A stretch of 64,000 nucleotides of DNA, taken from the IMG/VR virus record IMGVR_UViG_3300018080_000154, positions 1 through 64,000 of that record. One strand, 5' to 3'. The notes beneath the pieces were generated by a model. The model had not been told where the DNA came from, ran no database searches, and saw nothing but the letters and a program-made list of their open reading frames with translations. This document shows, piece after piece, positions 8,420 through 18,263 of the stretch. This DNA is from a virus. Position 1 is the stretch's first letter. Each line of letters starts with the position of its first letter. The position numbers and the translations under genes were made by a program.

Positions 8420-10939
8420 TCATACAATGTTCACGGTTATCGTGCCAGGAAACGGTAGTTCTCTTTCACCTAAAATCGGATCCGTTGCCGGTGTAATCAG
8501 ATTAACGTTCTTAATTGCTTTTGGATCTACGTTTGTAATCTCGGTTATCATAAGACTTCTTGGAACAGTGTCTTGAAAAGTCCAACGATACGTGTAACCG
8601 TCGTCGTATTTTGCCGTCGGTGTCAAAAGGGCAATAAGTGCGTTTTTGATTTCCTCTGGATTTCCTCCAGATACTTCAACTTCAATATCAATTATTTTAC
8701 GATCATAGTTGGTTACGGTAATCTCATGGTTTGAAACTAAAATACCTTCTATTTCTTTTGTCTTGTTACCGTTGAAATAGTCTTCAACATCTTCTCGTTG
8801 TGATAAAGACAATTGATTGCCACCAATACCTACGGCAACAACCTCAAGAGTTTTAACACCGAATGTTTCTTCAAATGCTATTGCACGTTCTATAAGTTGA
8901 CTATTATTTTCGGTCCTGTATTTTGTGGCCAAGAATTCTGCGTCTTCCGGTGATATTGCTCTACCTCTTGTAAGAAGTGTTGCAGGGCCTTCTATTTTTA
9001 GTCGTTCAATATCTTCCGGCGTTGCGCCTTCTTTTATTTTCCAACCAGTTGCCTGACGTGGATTGTAGACTCGGTTTACGAATGCAATACCACTTTTGTT
9101 TACGGTTATTGTTCTTGCACCTACGTTACCGTTTACGTCAGCGCCTATTGAGTAAAACGCCCGTATATTATTTGATCCAACGTTAGGTATTTTTCCTTGA
9201 CTACCACTACCAAAAATCACAACCGCAGTGTCGTCGGATTTAATATCTAGTCGATAGTCTTTACTTATGTTTGTAGAGTTTAGAAAATTGTCTACCTGTG
9301 ACCATTCGGTAAAACCGTCGCCTTCATCTATTTCAAGACGAAGTGTTCCATCAATGATCGGTGAGTTTGTTATCTCAAATTCTTGATTGGGTGACCCGTT
9401 ACTACTTCCAAGAGGATCGTCCGACGTGCTTCTTCCTTGAACAACTTCTACCAAAAGATATTGTTTACCGCTATCGATTAGCAGTCGATCGATGTTTGGA
9501 ATTCCACCAATTCCATTGTACGTATGCGGGTAGGTTGTTTCGGTAAGGCCAAGTATCTCTTTTGTTGCATCGTTTGCACCAGGTTCTTCTAGTTTAACTT
9601 GACTTTGTTGACCAACGGTTTGACTGGAGAGTTTTAATTGTCCACCTTCGTTCGATGCCACGGAGTTAAGACTTGCATCAACACCGGACAAAACAGAATT
9701 GATTTGAGAAATTACACCAGACAACGTATACGTACCAGCAGATGCTCCGTTATCTCCTGTTACGTCTACCACGGTCGAGGCAAACTCGTCTATCTTTATT
9801 TTTATATTGTAATTGGAAGGATCAAGATCTTCAAGTTTTAAATTTGTTCCAACTACATAGGCAGATGTTTTTTGGTATCCAGTAACTCTAAATCTTATCC
9901 AGAAGGCTTCAACACCATTTACTATTGATTTGATCCAATTTTGTGTTTCGTCTTGAGGTAAATCAAATTCAATTTTTCCTTCTTCGGTAAATCCATTTGT
10001 ACCATCAATTACATTTTTAAGTGGATTCCAATTTGATCCAACGGTGTAATCGTCTACGTCGGTACTTACAGACGATTGACCTAGAAGACCAACGGTCTCA
10101 ATAATATTTTTGCCACCAGAATAAATGCTTTCAACTTCTTCATACGCCGACGATGAATTCAGTACAACCTTAACCAATGATCCAGATCTATCTTCGTCTC
10201 CCAAAAGATCTGTCAAATCAAATCTAAGATTAGATCCAAGATTCGTCACTGCGTCTGGTTTTGTGTCGTCCGTGTCACCGTCGTAGTATTCCCAAACACC
10301 ACTTATCCCACTTCCTGGTGTGTTGTATTCAAACTCTACCGTATCAAACATGATAGAATCATGACCTACGTAAAACGCAGTGTTCAAAACCGGCTCCGAG
10401 TTGAACATGTCAACATAAACACCAACCGTACTTAATGCACCAGAATGGTTGGCGCCAAAAACACTGGCCTCGTGTTGATAAACGGCAGTTGGTCTATCGG
10501 TTCTAGAAATTTGATTGTCACCTGTTGCCTGATAAATAATTTGAGGCGTATCATCGGTTTCCTCTGTAGCAAACTGTGTTCCTTCTGGGACGATGTTTAC
10601 CGACGATGTAAAGACCTTTGAAAACTCTAATAAAACTTCAGCAGACGCCGGGAGATTATGCTCAAGCTTAACTGCTATAAGAGCCAACCAGTTACGCATT
10701 GACTCAAGAAGTCTTGCGGTTCCAAACAATGCTTCATTGGCCACGATGTCAAGGTTTACGTTATTGAGATGAGCACTTAAAGCATAAGATTTTAAAAGCT
10801 GGATGTACGGTTCGTGTTGATCTTCATCTGTGATTTCTGGTGCATAAATACGGTTGTACAATATCAACGCACGATATATGTCCGGATAGTAGAATGACGT
10901 GTATTCAAAATCTGGAACTTCAATAATCTGTCCTGCCAT
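8420..10939 (-). CDS. Baseplate J-like wedge protein
   Basis: Motifs VPEGTQFAT, LGSSNGSPNQEF, VIFGSG.QGKIP, GNVGARTI and RAISPEDAEFLA are typical of large J-family proteins. Confidence 0.85.
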   Translation of the reverse strand: MAGQIIEVPDFEYTSFYYPDIYRALILYNRIYAPEITDEDQHEPYIQLLKSYALSAHLNNVNLDIVANEALFGTARLLESMRNWLALIAVKLEHNLPASAEVLLEFSKVFTSSVNIVPEGTQFATEETDDTPQIIYQATGDNQISRTDRPTAVYQHEASVFGANHSGALSTVGVYVDMFNSEPVLNTAFYVGHDSIMFDTVEFEYNTPGSGISGVWEYYDGDTDDTKPDAVTNLGSNLRFDLTDLLGDEDRSGSLVKVVLNSSSAYEEVESIYSGGKNIIETVGLLGQSSVSTDVDDYTVGSNWNPLKNVIDGTNGFTEEGKIEFDLPQDETQNWIKSIVNGVEAFWIRFRVTGYQKTSAYVVGTNLKLEDLDPSNYNIKIKIDEFASTVVDVTGDNGASAGTYTLSGVISQINSVLSGVDASLNSVASNEGGQLKLSSQTVGQQSQVKLEEPGANDATKEILGLTETTYPHTYNGIGGIPNIDRLLIDSGKQYLLVEVVQGRSTSDDPLGSSNGSPNQEFEITNSPIIDGTLRLEIDEGDGFTEWSQVDNFLNSTNISKDYRLDIKSDDTAVVIFGSGSQGKIPNVGSNNIRAFYSIGADVNGNVGARTITVNKSGIAFVNRVYNPRQATGWKIKEGATPEDIERLKIEGPATLLTRGRAISPEDAEFLATKYRTENNSQLIERAIAFEETFGVKTLEVVAVGIGGNQLSLSQREDVEDYFNGNKTKEIEGILVSNHEITVTNYDRKIIDIEVEVSGGNPEEIKNALIALLTPTAKYDDGYTYRWTFQDTVPRSLMITEITNVDPKAIKNVNLITPATDPILGERELPFPGTITVNIV

Positions 10940-10942
10940 TTC

Positions 10943-11308
10943 TTACCTCGTAAACTTTGTTCTAAATTCATCTTCTTCATCTGTTTCTGGATCAAAAAAT
11001 CTTACCGTTACATCCAGTTGACCTTCAACGTTTCTTTCAAGAGTGATTGCATTTTCTGGAACTAATACAATCCGACCTTCAAAAAGTGAAACTATATCGT
11101 TGACTATTTGACGTATTTCTCCAGCATGATTTGACGACGCCACTCGATAAATGATTTCTTGATCTATTCCAATATTTTGAAATGGATTTTCATCGTCGTT
11201 TTCACCAAATGCAAGACCTAGAAGTTTTTTAAGCTGAGAACTTCCTTCGACGGTTTTGCTTCCTCCGTCGTTACTTGTTCTTACAGGTATGTCGATTCCC
11301 TTGGTCAT
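10943..11308 (-). CDS. Baseplate wedge subunit, gp25/gpW-like
   Basis: 121 aa, immediately upstream of the J-like gene, with a gp25-like FEGRI motif. Confidence 0.6.
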   Translation of the reverse strand: MTKGIDIPVRTSNDGGSKTVEGSSQLKKLLGLAFGENDDENPFQNIGIDQEIIYRVASSNHAGEIRQIVNDIVSLFEGRIVLVPENAITLERNVEGQLDVTVRFFDPETDEEDEFRTKFTR

Positions 11309-11463
11309 TTATTTTCCTCTCGGAGTTTTTTGCATTCCTTACAAAGAATTATTTTGCAAGTAGGTTGACCATCTTTTTTTAAAATAATATCATGCTTTTC
11401 AGTTTCAGTAAGGGGTTTCTTACACGAATAGCAATTATATTGTTTAACGAAAAGTTGACCCAT
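11305..11463 (-). CDS. 52-aa zinc-finger microprotein
   Basis: Below the ORF-track cutoff: MGQLFVKQYNCYSCKKPL...IILCKECKKLREENK. It has two CxxC motifs and is translationally coupled on both sides (TAATG and ATGA overlaps). Confidence 0.65.
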   Translation of the reverse strand: MGQLFVKQYNCYSCKKPLTETEKHDIILKKDGQPTCKIILCKECKKLREENK

Positions 11464-11948
11464 TATTCTATGCTCACTTTCACGTCTAGACGCACAGGCG
11501 GTGAAAATGCCGGTATTGGCATAAGCGGAAGACTTGGAAGTTTAAAACTTGGTAAACTTGGAAGCACCACCGCAGGAATTGAAGGTAGGCTTAGACTTGG
11601 AAGATCTGGCAAGGCAAAACCATCTCCATCTCCAAAATCAAAACTTGGAAGACTTGGAAGACTTGGAAGTTTGAAACTCGGAAGACTTGGAAGTGCCACA
11701 GCAGGAAGACTCGGTAGACTTAGACTTGGAAGACTCGGAAGACTTGGAAGAGTAAAACCATCTCCATCACCAAAATCAAAGCTTGGAAGTTTTGGAAGAT
11801 CTGGAAGTTTGAAACTTGGTAAACTTGGAAACGCAATCGGTGGAACAAGAGCAAGAAGAAGTGTGGCCGGTACCCGTAACTCGGTTTGGTAAATCAATAC
11901 ATCGTATCGATATGCTTTTATCGTTGTTACTAAAGCCGGTACGCCCAC
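11463..11948 (-). CDS. Low-complexity (Leu-Pro-Ser)n repeat protein in baseplate cluster
   Basis: 161 aa with many LPS/LPD/LPK tripeptides and two FDFGDGDGF motifs; fills the gap between neighbouring genes. Confidence 0.7.
   Translation of the reverse strand: MGVPALVTTIKAYRYDVLIYQTELRVPATLLLALVPPIAFPSLPSFKLPDLPKLPSFDFGDGDGFTLPSLPSLPSLSLPSLPAVALPSLPSFKLPSLPSLPSFDFGDGDGFALPDLPSLSLPSIPAVVLPSLPSFKLPSLPLMPIPAFSPPVRLDVKVSIE
11520..11845. repeat. Coding tandem repeat (9-bp GGAAGACTT-type units in ~130-140 bp higher-order units)
   Basis: Repeated ggaagactt/ggaagactc and aaaccatctccatc...ccaaaatcaaa are visible in the sequence. Confidence 0.8.
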
Positions 11949-11950
11949 CG

Positions 11951-12526
11951 TTAAATTACTCCTCCAAGATATGATAGTGGATTAGGACCAGCGTCTCCTG
12001 TTTTTGAGTCTAGTCCATCTACCTGGTATTTCAAAGACGCAAACGCTGCCAACAAATAATCTGGCATCTCGGTTGAAGTTCCAGTTGTTGGTGGATATTT
12101 GTCATCGGCCAATGGGATGGCCGTAATATCTGCTAGAAGAGTAGATGTTGCCAACGCTAACGATGCTGGATCTACAACACAAGAATTCACAACGCTAAAG
12201 GTTGTTCCTGGTGTAGGTGGATCGGTTGTTGCAAAACCTGGTGATGCCAACATGACCGAAGCGGCAACGGCAAGGTTAAACGCGTTTGAAATTACTACCG
12301 GTCCATTTCCAGATGGAGTAATTCCTGCTACGTTTGCTGCAAAAACTGCTCTATTAAAAGTAAAGACTGGTGGTACTCCTCCTGCCGGTGGACCAAGAGT
12401 CATCTTACCGTCAACTCGGTCTCCAAGAAAATCTGCAAATTTTTGAGGATACGCAGCGCCGGTTGGATCTGGGATCATGTCGATTTCCCATTTTGTTTTC
12501 CAAATTGTCAGAAGATCAATCGTCAC
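11951..12526 (-). CDS. Hypothetical virion protein adjacent to spike
   Basis: 191 aa, Pro/Ala/Thr-rich; its start abuts the spike gene stop. Confidence 0.6.
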   Translation of the reverse strand: MTIDLLTIWKTKWEIDMIPDPTGAAYPQKFADFLGDRVDGKMTLGPPAGGVPPVFTFNRAVFAANVAGITPSGNGPVVISNAFNLAVAASVMLASPGFATTDPPTPGTTFSVVNSCVVDPASLALATSTLLADITAIPLADDKYPPTTGTSTEMPDYLLAAFASLKYQVDGLDSKTGDAGPNPLSYLGGVI

Positions 12527-13416
12527 TACAAATTACCTCTAAGTTTCACGTAATCAGCAGCAGGACTTGTTGGCGGAGCCAACTCGGCAATCGCGCACGT
12601 ATTTGGTGGAAGAGGCGGACCACTTGGTCCTACGCCTGTTGCATGGATATGGGCGTCGAAAATTGTTTTCAAATTCTCATACAACACCCCACGAAATTCT
12701 GGTTTACCAAGAACAACCGATGCAACCAATGCGGAAAAACTTTTACCGTTAACGTTAACCTCTCCACTTGATATGATACCGATCTTACCATCCTCGGACA
12801 TCGTTATCATTTCCTTACCAGTGCTTCCAACCAAATTAATGTCTTTCGACAATGAAATACTGCTACCGTTTTTAGAAATTACAGACACGGCATTTTCTTC
12901 AGCGTCTAGGTTTATCAGGTTACCATTTGCAAGAATTTTTATCGATCCATTCTTGTCTATTTGAACTAACCCGCCACTTGGATTGTAAATCGTGATCGCG
13001 TCGGTGTTTTTATTGTCATCAAGTAGAATTATTTTTCCCTTACTTGACTGAAGAGCAATACGAGCACCGTCGTCCGAGTCGTCAAATATAAGGTAATGAC
13101 CTGCTTTGGTTCGTATTCCTTTTCTAAAAGGATAGTTGGTTGCAAATTCTTCCGGCATTTCTGTTTCAAGATTTAAAAGAACACAACGCCAACGTGGCTC
13201 TGGTTTTTCTTTTGATGTGTCTATTTCAATTTCAATCCAATCGTCAACGTTAGGCACGTCAAACCACTCGTGAGGAAATATCGGTTCGGCTGGTACTGGA
13301 AATTCTTGGTCTTCCAACAATTGATCACATTGAAAAAACACAGCACCTCGAAGCTGTTCACCAATATCTGGATCAGTGTTTCGTGTTACTTTTGCCTCAT
13401 AAATCTCAAGTGACAT
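12526..13416 (-). CDS. Baseplate central spike (gpV/gp5-like)
   Basis: N-terminal OB-type region, beta-helix-like repeats (IRTKAGHYLIFDD) and C-terminal FDAHIH (HxH metal tip) followed by GPSGPP. Start placed at the ATG overlapping the hub stop. Confidence 0.8.
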   Translation of the reverse strand: MSLEIYEAKVTRNTDPDIGEQLRGAVFFQCDQLLEDQEFPVPAEPIFPHEWFDVPNVDDWIEIEIDTSKEKPEPRWRCVLLNLETEMPEEFATNYPFRKGIRTKAGHYLIFDDSDDGARIALQSSKGKIILLDDNKNTDAITIYNPSGGLVQIDKNGSIKILANGNLINLDAEENAVSVISKNGSSISLSKDINLVGSTGKEMITMSEDGKIGIISSGEVNVNGKSFSALVASVVLGKPEFRGVLYENLKTIFDAHIHATGVGPSGPPLPPNTCAIAELAPPTSPAADYVKLRGNL

Positions 13417-14663
13417 TAGTCTACAACCTTTGAACAATCTACACTGCATTCATAAACAGGACTTCCACTTACGTCCATTTTATGCAGTACTTTTGTGAAA
13501 AAATAATTACCAGAAAGACCTTTACCAATTCCTTCAAAACGGTGAACCTGTCTTGATTGTAGAAATTCTGTTCCTACAACCGACGCAGGTCCAGTTACGA
13601 AGTTATCTTTTCTTGCTTGCATCCATTTTTGGATTATTCTTTCGGCGTCCTTTTCATCTCGTACTGGTTCGTTTGCAATGATTTCACGACTTACGCCAAA
13701 AGCTTTAAATTTTATTTGACCAGGATTCCTTACTTCTTTTTTGATTGGTTTGTACTTGTCAGTTCCTTTGAACTGTCGTTCTTCCTTTTCTTTAAAAGAG
13801 TATTCTTTAGATCCTTCATTGTAGGTGAATTTTTTGTTAACGTCGCGGGTTACCGTCTTAACTTTCTTTCCTTCTTTTTTGTTGAACGATGTAACCTCAA
13901 ACTCAAGTTTTTGATCTTTGGTGTTTAGATCTGGATTGAAATCTAATAGAGTATTCCAAAGAAACTTCTCGCTCATGTTGTAGGTGTAAGTGTAGATTGG
14001 TTCTTGCTTTTTATCTGATGGTCTGAAAAACAACACCCACCGTTTTGTTCCAGCAACCTTCATGTAACGAACATAGAAGTCGTACGAATTAAAATCTGCT
14101 ATCTTTTTTAAGAATTCGTAGTCGTTTTTGTTTTTCTCCTGAAAGCGATCGTGTACTCCTTCTGTTTTTCTGATGTATTCAAAAGTAGATGGATCTGATT
14201 TTGCAATGTAGATACCATTTCTTTCACCAATTATTGAAGCAATTTGACTGTCTCTAAAATTTTTGTACGATATACCTTTCTCAGGTTTTGAGTCAATCAT
14301 TCTATGAGAAATATCGTACGCCTCTATTTGAAGACTAGGAAGACCATCACGTGGGAAACTTGGTTTTATCTTGACAACCTCACCGGCGCCAACTGGTGAA
14401 AGTTTAGATCCGTATCCCATTTCAACTTCAATTAAATTGCCTTCGGTGAAAATCTTTTGATCCAGCATCGTCATAATCTGGCTGCCTTCAACAACCATTT
14501 GACTACCAACAGTGAAACTTAATTTATCACACATGTTGGCGTTGTCTTCATATTCGACGGCGCCTATGAATTTTGAAATAGATTTCGGTAATTCGTCGCC
14601 GTTCACCAATAATCTAAAATTAGGTGCGTAAGGGTCTCTTGCTAAATTTATTTCGTTTGCCAA
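13416..14663 (-). CDS. Baseplate hub protein (gpD / late control D-like)
   Basis: IEVEMGY, SQIASIIGERNG, Q...NDYEFLKKIA and GIGKGLSGNYFFTKVLH motifs. Confidence 0.85.
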   Translation of the reverse strand: MANEINLARDPYAPNFRLLVNGDELPKSISKFIGAVEYEDNANMCDKLSFTVGSQMVVEGSQIMTMLDQKIFTEGNLIEVEMGYGSKLSPVGAGEVVKIKPSFPRDGLPSLQIEAYDISHRMIDSKPEKGISYKNFRDSQIASIIGERNGIYIAKSDPSTFEYIRKTEGVHDRFQEKNKNDYEFLKKIADFNSYDFYVRYMKVAGTKRWVLFFRPSDKKQEPIYTYTYNMSEKFLWNTLLDFNPDLNTKDQKLEFEVTSFNKKEGKKVKTVTRDVNKKFTYNEGSKEYSFKEKEERQFKGTDKYKPIKKEVRNPGQIKFKAFGVSREIIANEPVRDEKDAERIIQKWMQARKDNFVTGPASVVGTEFLQSRQVHRFEGIGKGLSGNYFFTKVLHKMDVSGSPVYECSVDCSKVVD

Positions 14664-14674
14664 CTTGTTCTACC

Positions 14675-15562
14675 CTATACGAATATAGTTTTTGTACCGC
14701 TACGTGACTCGTACATTTCTTTTTTACGAGCGTTGTTCTCGGTCTTGTTTTTCAGCATTACCGACTGTTGTGTAACCTCGGTTCCAAGCGCATCGTCTTT
14801 TGTTATCAACAAAACCTTATCGCCAGGTTTTAAAATTCTCATATCAGGATGTGCACGTCTTAAAATATCTCCACTAAGAGCGTAGCCGTATTCTTTTTGT
14901 GCAATTGTTTCAAAGGTGTCACCTTCTTTAACGACATGTTTTCTTGTAGTTGTTTTAAGACTTCCACCAGGTACGTCTATCTTTCCAATTTTCTCGGCAA
15001 TACCACCAACGGATTGAACAACACCAACTGCGGTTTTAATTTTGGTTGCAAGACTCATCCCTTGGGCTTGAGTGGGAATATCTTCCAAAATGACCAGATT
15101 CATTGAAAACGTTGCACCACGAAGACTACCATCGTGTCTTGGTTCATCGTAAACAATTCCACCAGGACTTTTTACGAAACACTTAAAAGCAATCTCGGTT
15201 CCGTTTGTGAAAATAAATATCGGAGGTCGTCGTAGATCGTCTCGTCTTTTTGAAAACGATTTTAAAAGAACAACCTTATCGTGTATGTTTTGAAAACTAT
15301 ATTGTGCAAAAATACGTGCGGTGAATGTAAAGGTTTCTTCATCGCCGGATCCGAATTGATTTGACGGTCGTTCCGAGTTAACGGAGTTAGTTGTGCTTAT
15401 TCTTTGTCCAGTATTTTCCGTGGCGTTTTGTGCTACAAATTGTCCTACAAACTCTGTTCCAGGTTTATCAAGCATACGAAGACGCCAAACCTGTTTTTGA
15501 GTTGGGAAGCCAAGAAGCTCACTACCGAATTCTTTTATTTCACCAAATAAATCTGCCATCAA
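14675..15562 (-). CDS. Tail tube initiator with LysM domain
   Basis: N-terminal tube-initiator-like region (RRPPIFIF) plus LysM (HVVKEGDTFETIAQKEYG...LKPGDKVL); lies after the tape measure gene. Confidence 0.8.
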   Translation of the reverse strand: MMADLFGEIKEFGSELLGFPTQKQVWRLRMLDKPGTEFVGQFVAQNATENTGQRISTTNSVNSERPSNQFGSGDEETFTFTARIFAQYSFQNIHDKVVLLKSFSKRRDDLRRPPIFIFTNGTEIAFKCFVKSPGGIVYDEPRHDGSLRGATFSMNLVILEDIPTQAQGMSLATKIKTAVGVVQSVGGIAEKIGKIDVPGGSLKTTTRKHVVKEGDTFETIAQKEYGYALSGDILRRAHPDMRILKPGDKVLLITKDDALGTEVTQQSVMLKNKTENNARKKEMYESRSGTKTIFV

Positions 15563-15568
15563 TTACCT

Positions 15569-18052
15569 CTACTGTGCAAAGGCACCGTTCTCTATCATTT
15601 TTCTTTTCTCGATAGGTGATACTTGTTTACCGCTACGTTCAGAGTTTTCTATCGATTGTCGTGCTACGGTTGAAGCCAATGTTCTACCATCTACCTTCAG
15701 ATTTACTGTGGTTGAAATATCTCCACGAGACTCACCACCACCATTTATCACCTGTAGACTTCTTTGTGTTGCGCCTACCACGGTAGCCTTAGACTCGATA
15801 GATCTTTTCTGTAGTCTTGCAACATCTTGACTTGCTTTTGACGTTGTTGCAATTGTAGGGATTACGTCAGATTTTGCTCCAGTGTATTTATCGATAGCGT
15901 CGACGCCAGGAATTTTTCCAATGAAACCCTGTAGAGCCGCTGTATCTACACCAGCAAGACTAAGTGCTTTCCTACCAATTGCAGAGTCGGCAACCTTTAG
16001 AATCAAACCCTTCATCATGCTTAAAACACTTCGTATTGGAAACGTTAACGCATCAAAGATGAATGATCCAACTCCTACCATGAAATTCTTCACTATTCCA
16101 AACGCTCCCATTATTGCCTCGGCGGCTATACTAAATGCGTTTGGTATTGTTGTGGTTGCAAAATCTACCAACCAACTGAATCCCGAAGAAAACATGTCAA
16201 CCATTCCCGTAACGAGTTGATTGACAGTCTCCGAGACGCTTGTGAACACTTGTGAAATCATATTTCCCATCCACGTGAACGCTTCACCTGCTGAGGTTTT
16301 TATCCATGTCCATGCTTGAGAAAATGCCTGACCAACTTGTTGTACCACTTCCCATATCTGGTCTCGCCACACGTAAAGTGCTACACCGATTCCTACAATC
16401 GCTGCTACTATTAATGTTATAGGCCAACCTATGGCGGCAATCGCTGTTCCTATGGCAGGAAAAACAACTCCTGCAATTGCCCAGATGGTACTTATAACAC
16501 TCCATATCGTAGACATTACTGTGACCAAAATACTAAATCCTGTTGTTAACAATCCAACAAAACTTACAACGCCACTGATGATTGGAGTAAGAAGTGCAAA
16601 ACCAAGAAGAACGGTGCCAACCAAGGGACCAATAATGGCAATACCTGCAGCAATTTTTGTAACAAGTTTTCCAATTTCTTTTGCAGACATTTCTCCATCA
16701 CTGAATCCTGAGATAAATCCTTTAATACTTACCAAGGCAGAACTTACTGCTTCTTTAACTTCTCCAATTCCCTCGATGAAACCTTGGAGAAATTCTACCA
16801 TTTTTTGTCCGGTTTCTTGTCCCATTGCGTCGTAAAATAATTTGGCACCTTTCGATGCAGGATCTAACGAACCACTTGCAAGTTGAAACGCAACGGCAAG
16901 GTTAGAAATTGTTGACGCAGCCTCTTCAATAGGTTTTCTAAGAAATCCACCTATCACCGAGCCGGTCTCAATAAGAACACCACTCACGGCGCTTGAAAAT
17001 CTTGTGAATGCACCACTTAGGTTATTGAGTCTTTCTTCTGCCTGTCGACGAGCCTCTCCAGTTGAAGCAGCAACACCATCCGATAGTTTCTTTATTGAGT
17101 CAATGCCTTCATTTCTAAGTGCGTTGTATGCTCTAATTCCTCTAAGACCAAAAAGCTCGATGGCCATTGCACTTCTATCGGCCTCGTTAGGTATTGAGTC
17201 CAACGATGCGATAAGATCTTTTGTAATATTTGGCATCGACCTCATCTTACCTTCGGCGTCGGTAAGAGCAATTGAATGTTTTCTCATGAAGTCGGTTGCT
17301 TTTTCAGATGGTTTCAAAATCTTATTGAACATGTTCATAAGAACAGTACCACCAACACTACCTTTAAGACCAGCGTTGGCCAAAGCACCAATCGATGCAA
17401 TAATATCTGGAAGTTGAAAACCAAAACCGGCTAAAGATCCACCACCGTATTTGATTGCCTCACCAAGTTGCTCAATATTCGTGTTTGTTTTAGATTGAAT
17501 GAAAGCCATCTGGTCGGATAGTACGGCAAGATTTTTTGCACGACCTGCTGTTTGATCCATCGCCGGAGCCAAAGCACTCATTGAGTCGGTTGCAATATCA
17601 CTGGCACGACCAAGATCAAGACTACCAGCCGAAGCAAGTTGAAGAACACCTTCTAGTGACTCGGTTTGTTCTTGAGCGTTGAAACCTGCCAAAGCAAGAT
17701 ATTGAAAACCTTCCGCCGCTTGTTTTGCCGTCCATGCCGTCGTTGCACCAAGTCTTTTAGCCTCGGCTCCCATTGCTGCAAATTCTTCTTCCGTAACTCC
17801 TCTTGTCAAAGACTTTACAACACTCATTTGACTTTCAAAATCTGCAAATTTCTTTACCGACACACCAGCAGCAATTCCTAAAGGTAGTGAAGCCATGGCT
17901 GCAGTTTTAAGTCCTGTTGCAACACCAGATGCTTGTGAACTGGCCTTCCCCATTTGAGCCTTTAATTTAGCAAAACCAGCAGAGGTTTTTGCCATTTGCG
18001 TTTGAACACCAGGTGCTCTAAAAACCAAAAGTGCATTAATTGGGAAAGCCAT
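15569..18052 (-). CDS. Tail tape measure protein (TP901-family core)
   Basis: FESQMSVV...AKRLGATT.WTAKQAAEGFQYLALAG and GLKGSVGGT.L motifs, followed by hydrophobic and Trp/Phe-periodic repeats. Confidence 0.95.
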   Translation of the reverse strand: MAFPINALLVFRAPGVQTQMAKTSAGFAKLKAQMGKASSQASGVATGLKTAAMASLPLGIAAGVSVKKFADFESQMSVVKSLTRGVTEEEFAAMGAEAKRLGATTAWTAKQAAEGFQYLALAGFNAQEQTESLEGVLQLASAGSLDLGRASDIATDSMSALAPAMDQTAGRAKNLAVLSDQMAFIQSKTNTNIEQLGEAIKYGGGSLAGFGFQLPDIIASIGALANAGLKGSVGGTVLMNMFNKILKPSEKATDFMRKHSIALTDAEGKMRSMPNITKDLIASLDSIPNEADRSAMAIELFGLRGIRAYNALRNEGIDSIKKLSDGVAASTGEARRQAEERLNNLSGAFTRFSSAVSGVLIETGSVIGGFLRKPIEEAASTISNLAVAFQLASGSLDPASKGAKLFYDAMGQETGQKMVEFLQGFIEGIGEVKEAVSSALVSIKGFISGFSDGEMSAKEIGKLVTKIAAGIAIIGPLVGTVLLGFALLTPIISGVVSFVGLLTTGFSILVTVMSTIWSVISTIWAIAGVVFPAIGTAIAAIGWPITLIVAAIVGIGVALYVWRDQIWEVVQQVGQAFSQAWTWIKTSAGEAFTWMGNMISQVFTSVSETVNQLVTGMVDMFSSGFSWLVDFATTTIPNAFSIAAEAIMGAFGIVKNFMVGVGSFIFDALTFPIRSVLSMMKGLILKVADSAIGRKALSLAGVDTAALQGFIGKIPGVDAIDKYTGAKSDVIPTIATTSKASQDVARLQKRSIESKATVVGATQRSLQVINGGGESRGDISTTVNLKVDGRTLASTVARQSIENSERSGKQVSPIEKRKMIENGAFAQ

Positions 18053-18062
18053 CTTTCGTCCT

Positions 18063-18263
18063 TTACTTACCTTTAGTTGCAGATTCTATTGCTTTGTTTT
18101 CTTTTTCGATCTGTTTGCTCAATCTTTCAACCCACCATTGCTGTTCTTGTACTGACATTTCATTTATTTTCTCGAACGTCATTCCGTTTATGTGATACAA
18201 CAATAAAAACTCCTCTTCCCATAAGTCTTCTAGTCGGCGGGGAGAGAAGATTGTCCGAAAAAA
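18063..18263 (-). CDS. Tail assembly chaperone C-terminal extension (GT-type, via -1 frameshift; T4 gp51-like)
   Basis: This frame is open from the slippery T TTT TTC site to a stop at 18063. LLYHINGMTFEKINEMSVQEQQWWVERL resembles gp51-like chaperones. Confidence 0.7.
   Translation of the reverse strand, partial: FFRTIFSPRRLEDLWEEEFLLLYHINGMTFEKINEMSVQEQQWWVERLSKQIEKENKAIESATKGK

Noticed and set aside
11520-11845. Possible CRISPR array or DGR repeats
   Set aside because: The repeats are in-frame 9-bp coding units without unique spacers, and no cas or reverse transcriptase gene is present in the window.
11392-11892. Plus-strand collagen-like (GRL)n ORF
   Set aside because: It is the antisense reading of the LPS repeat gene, which fits the operon and its coupling.
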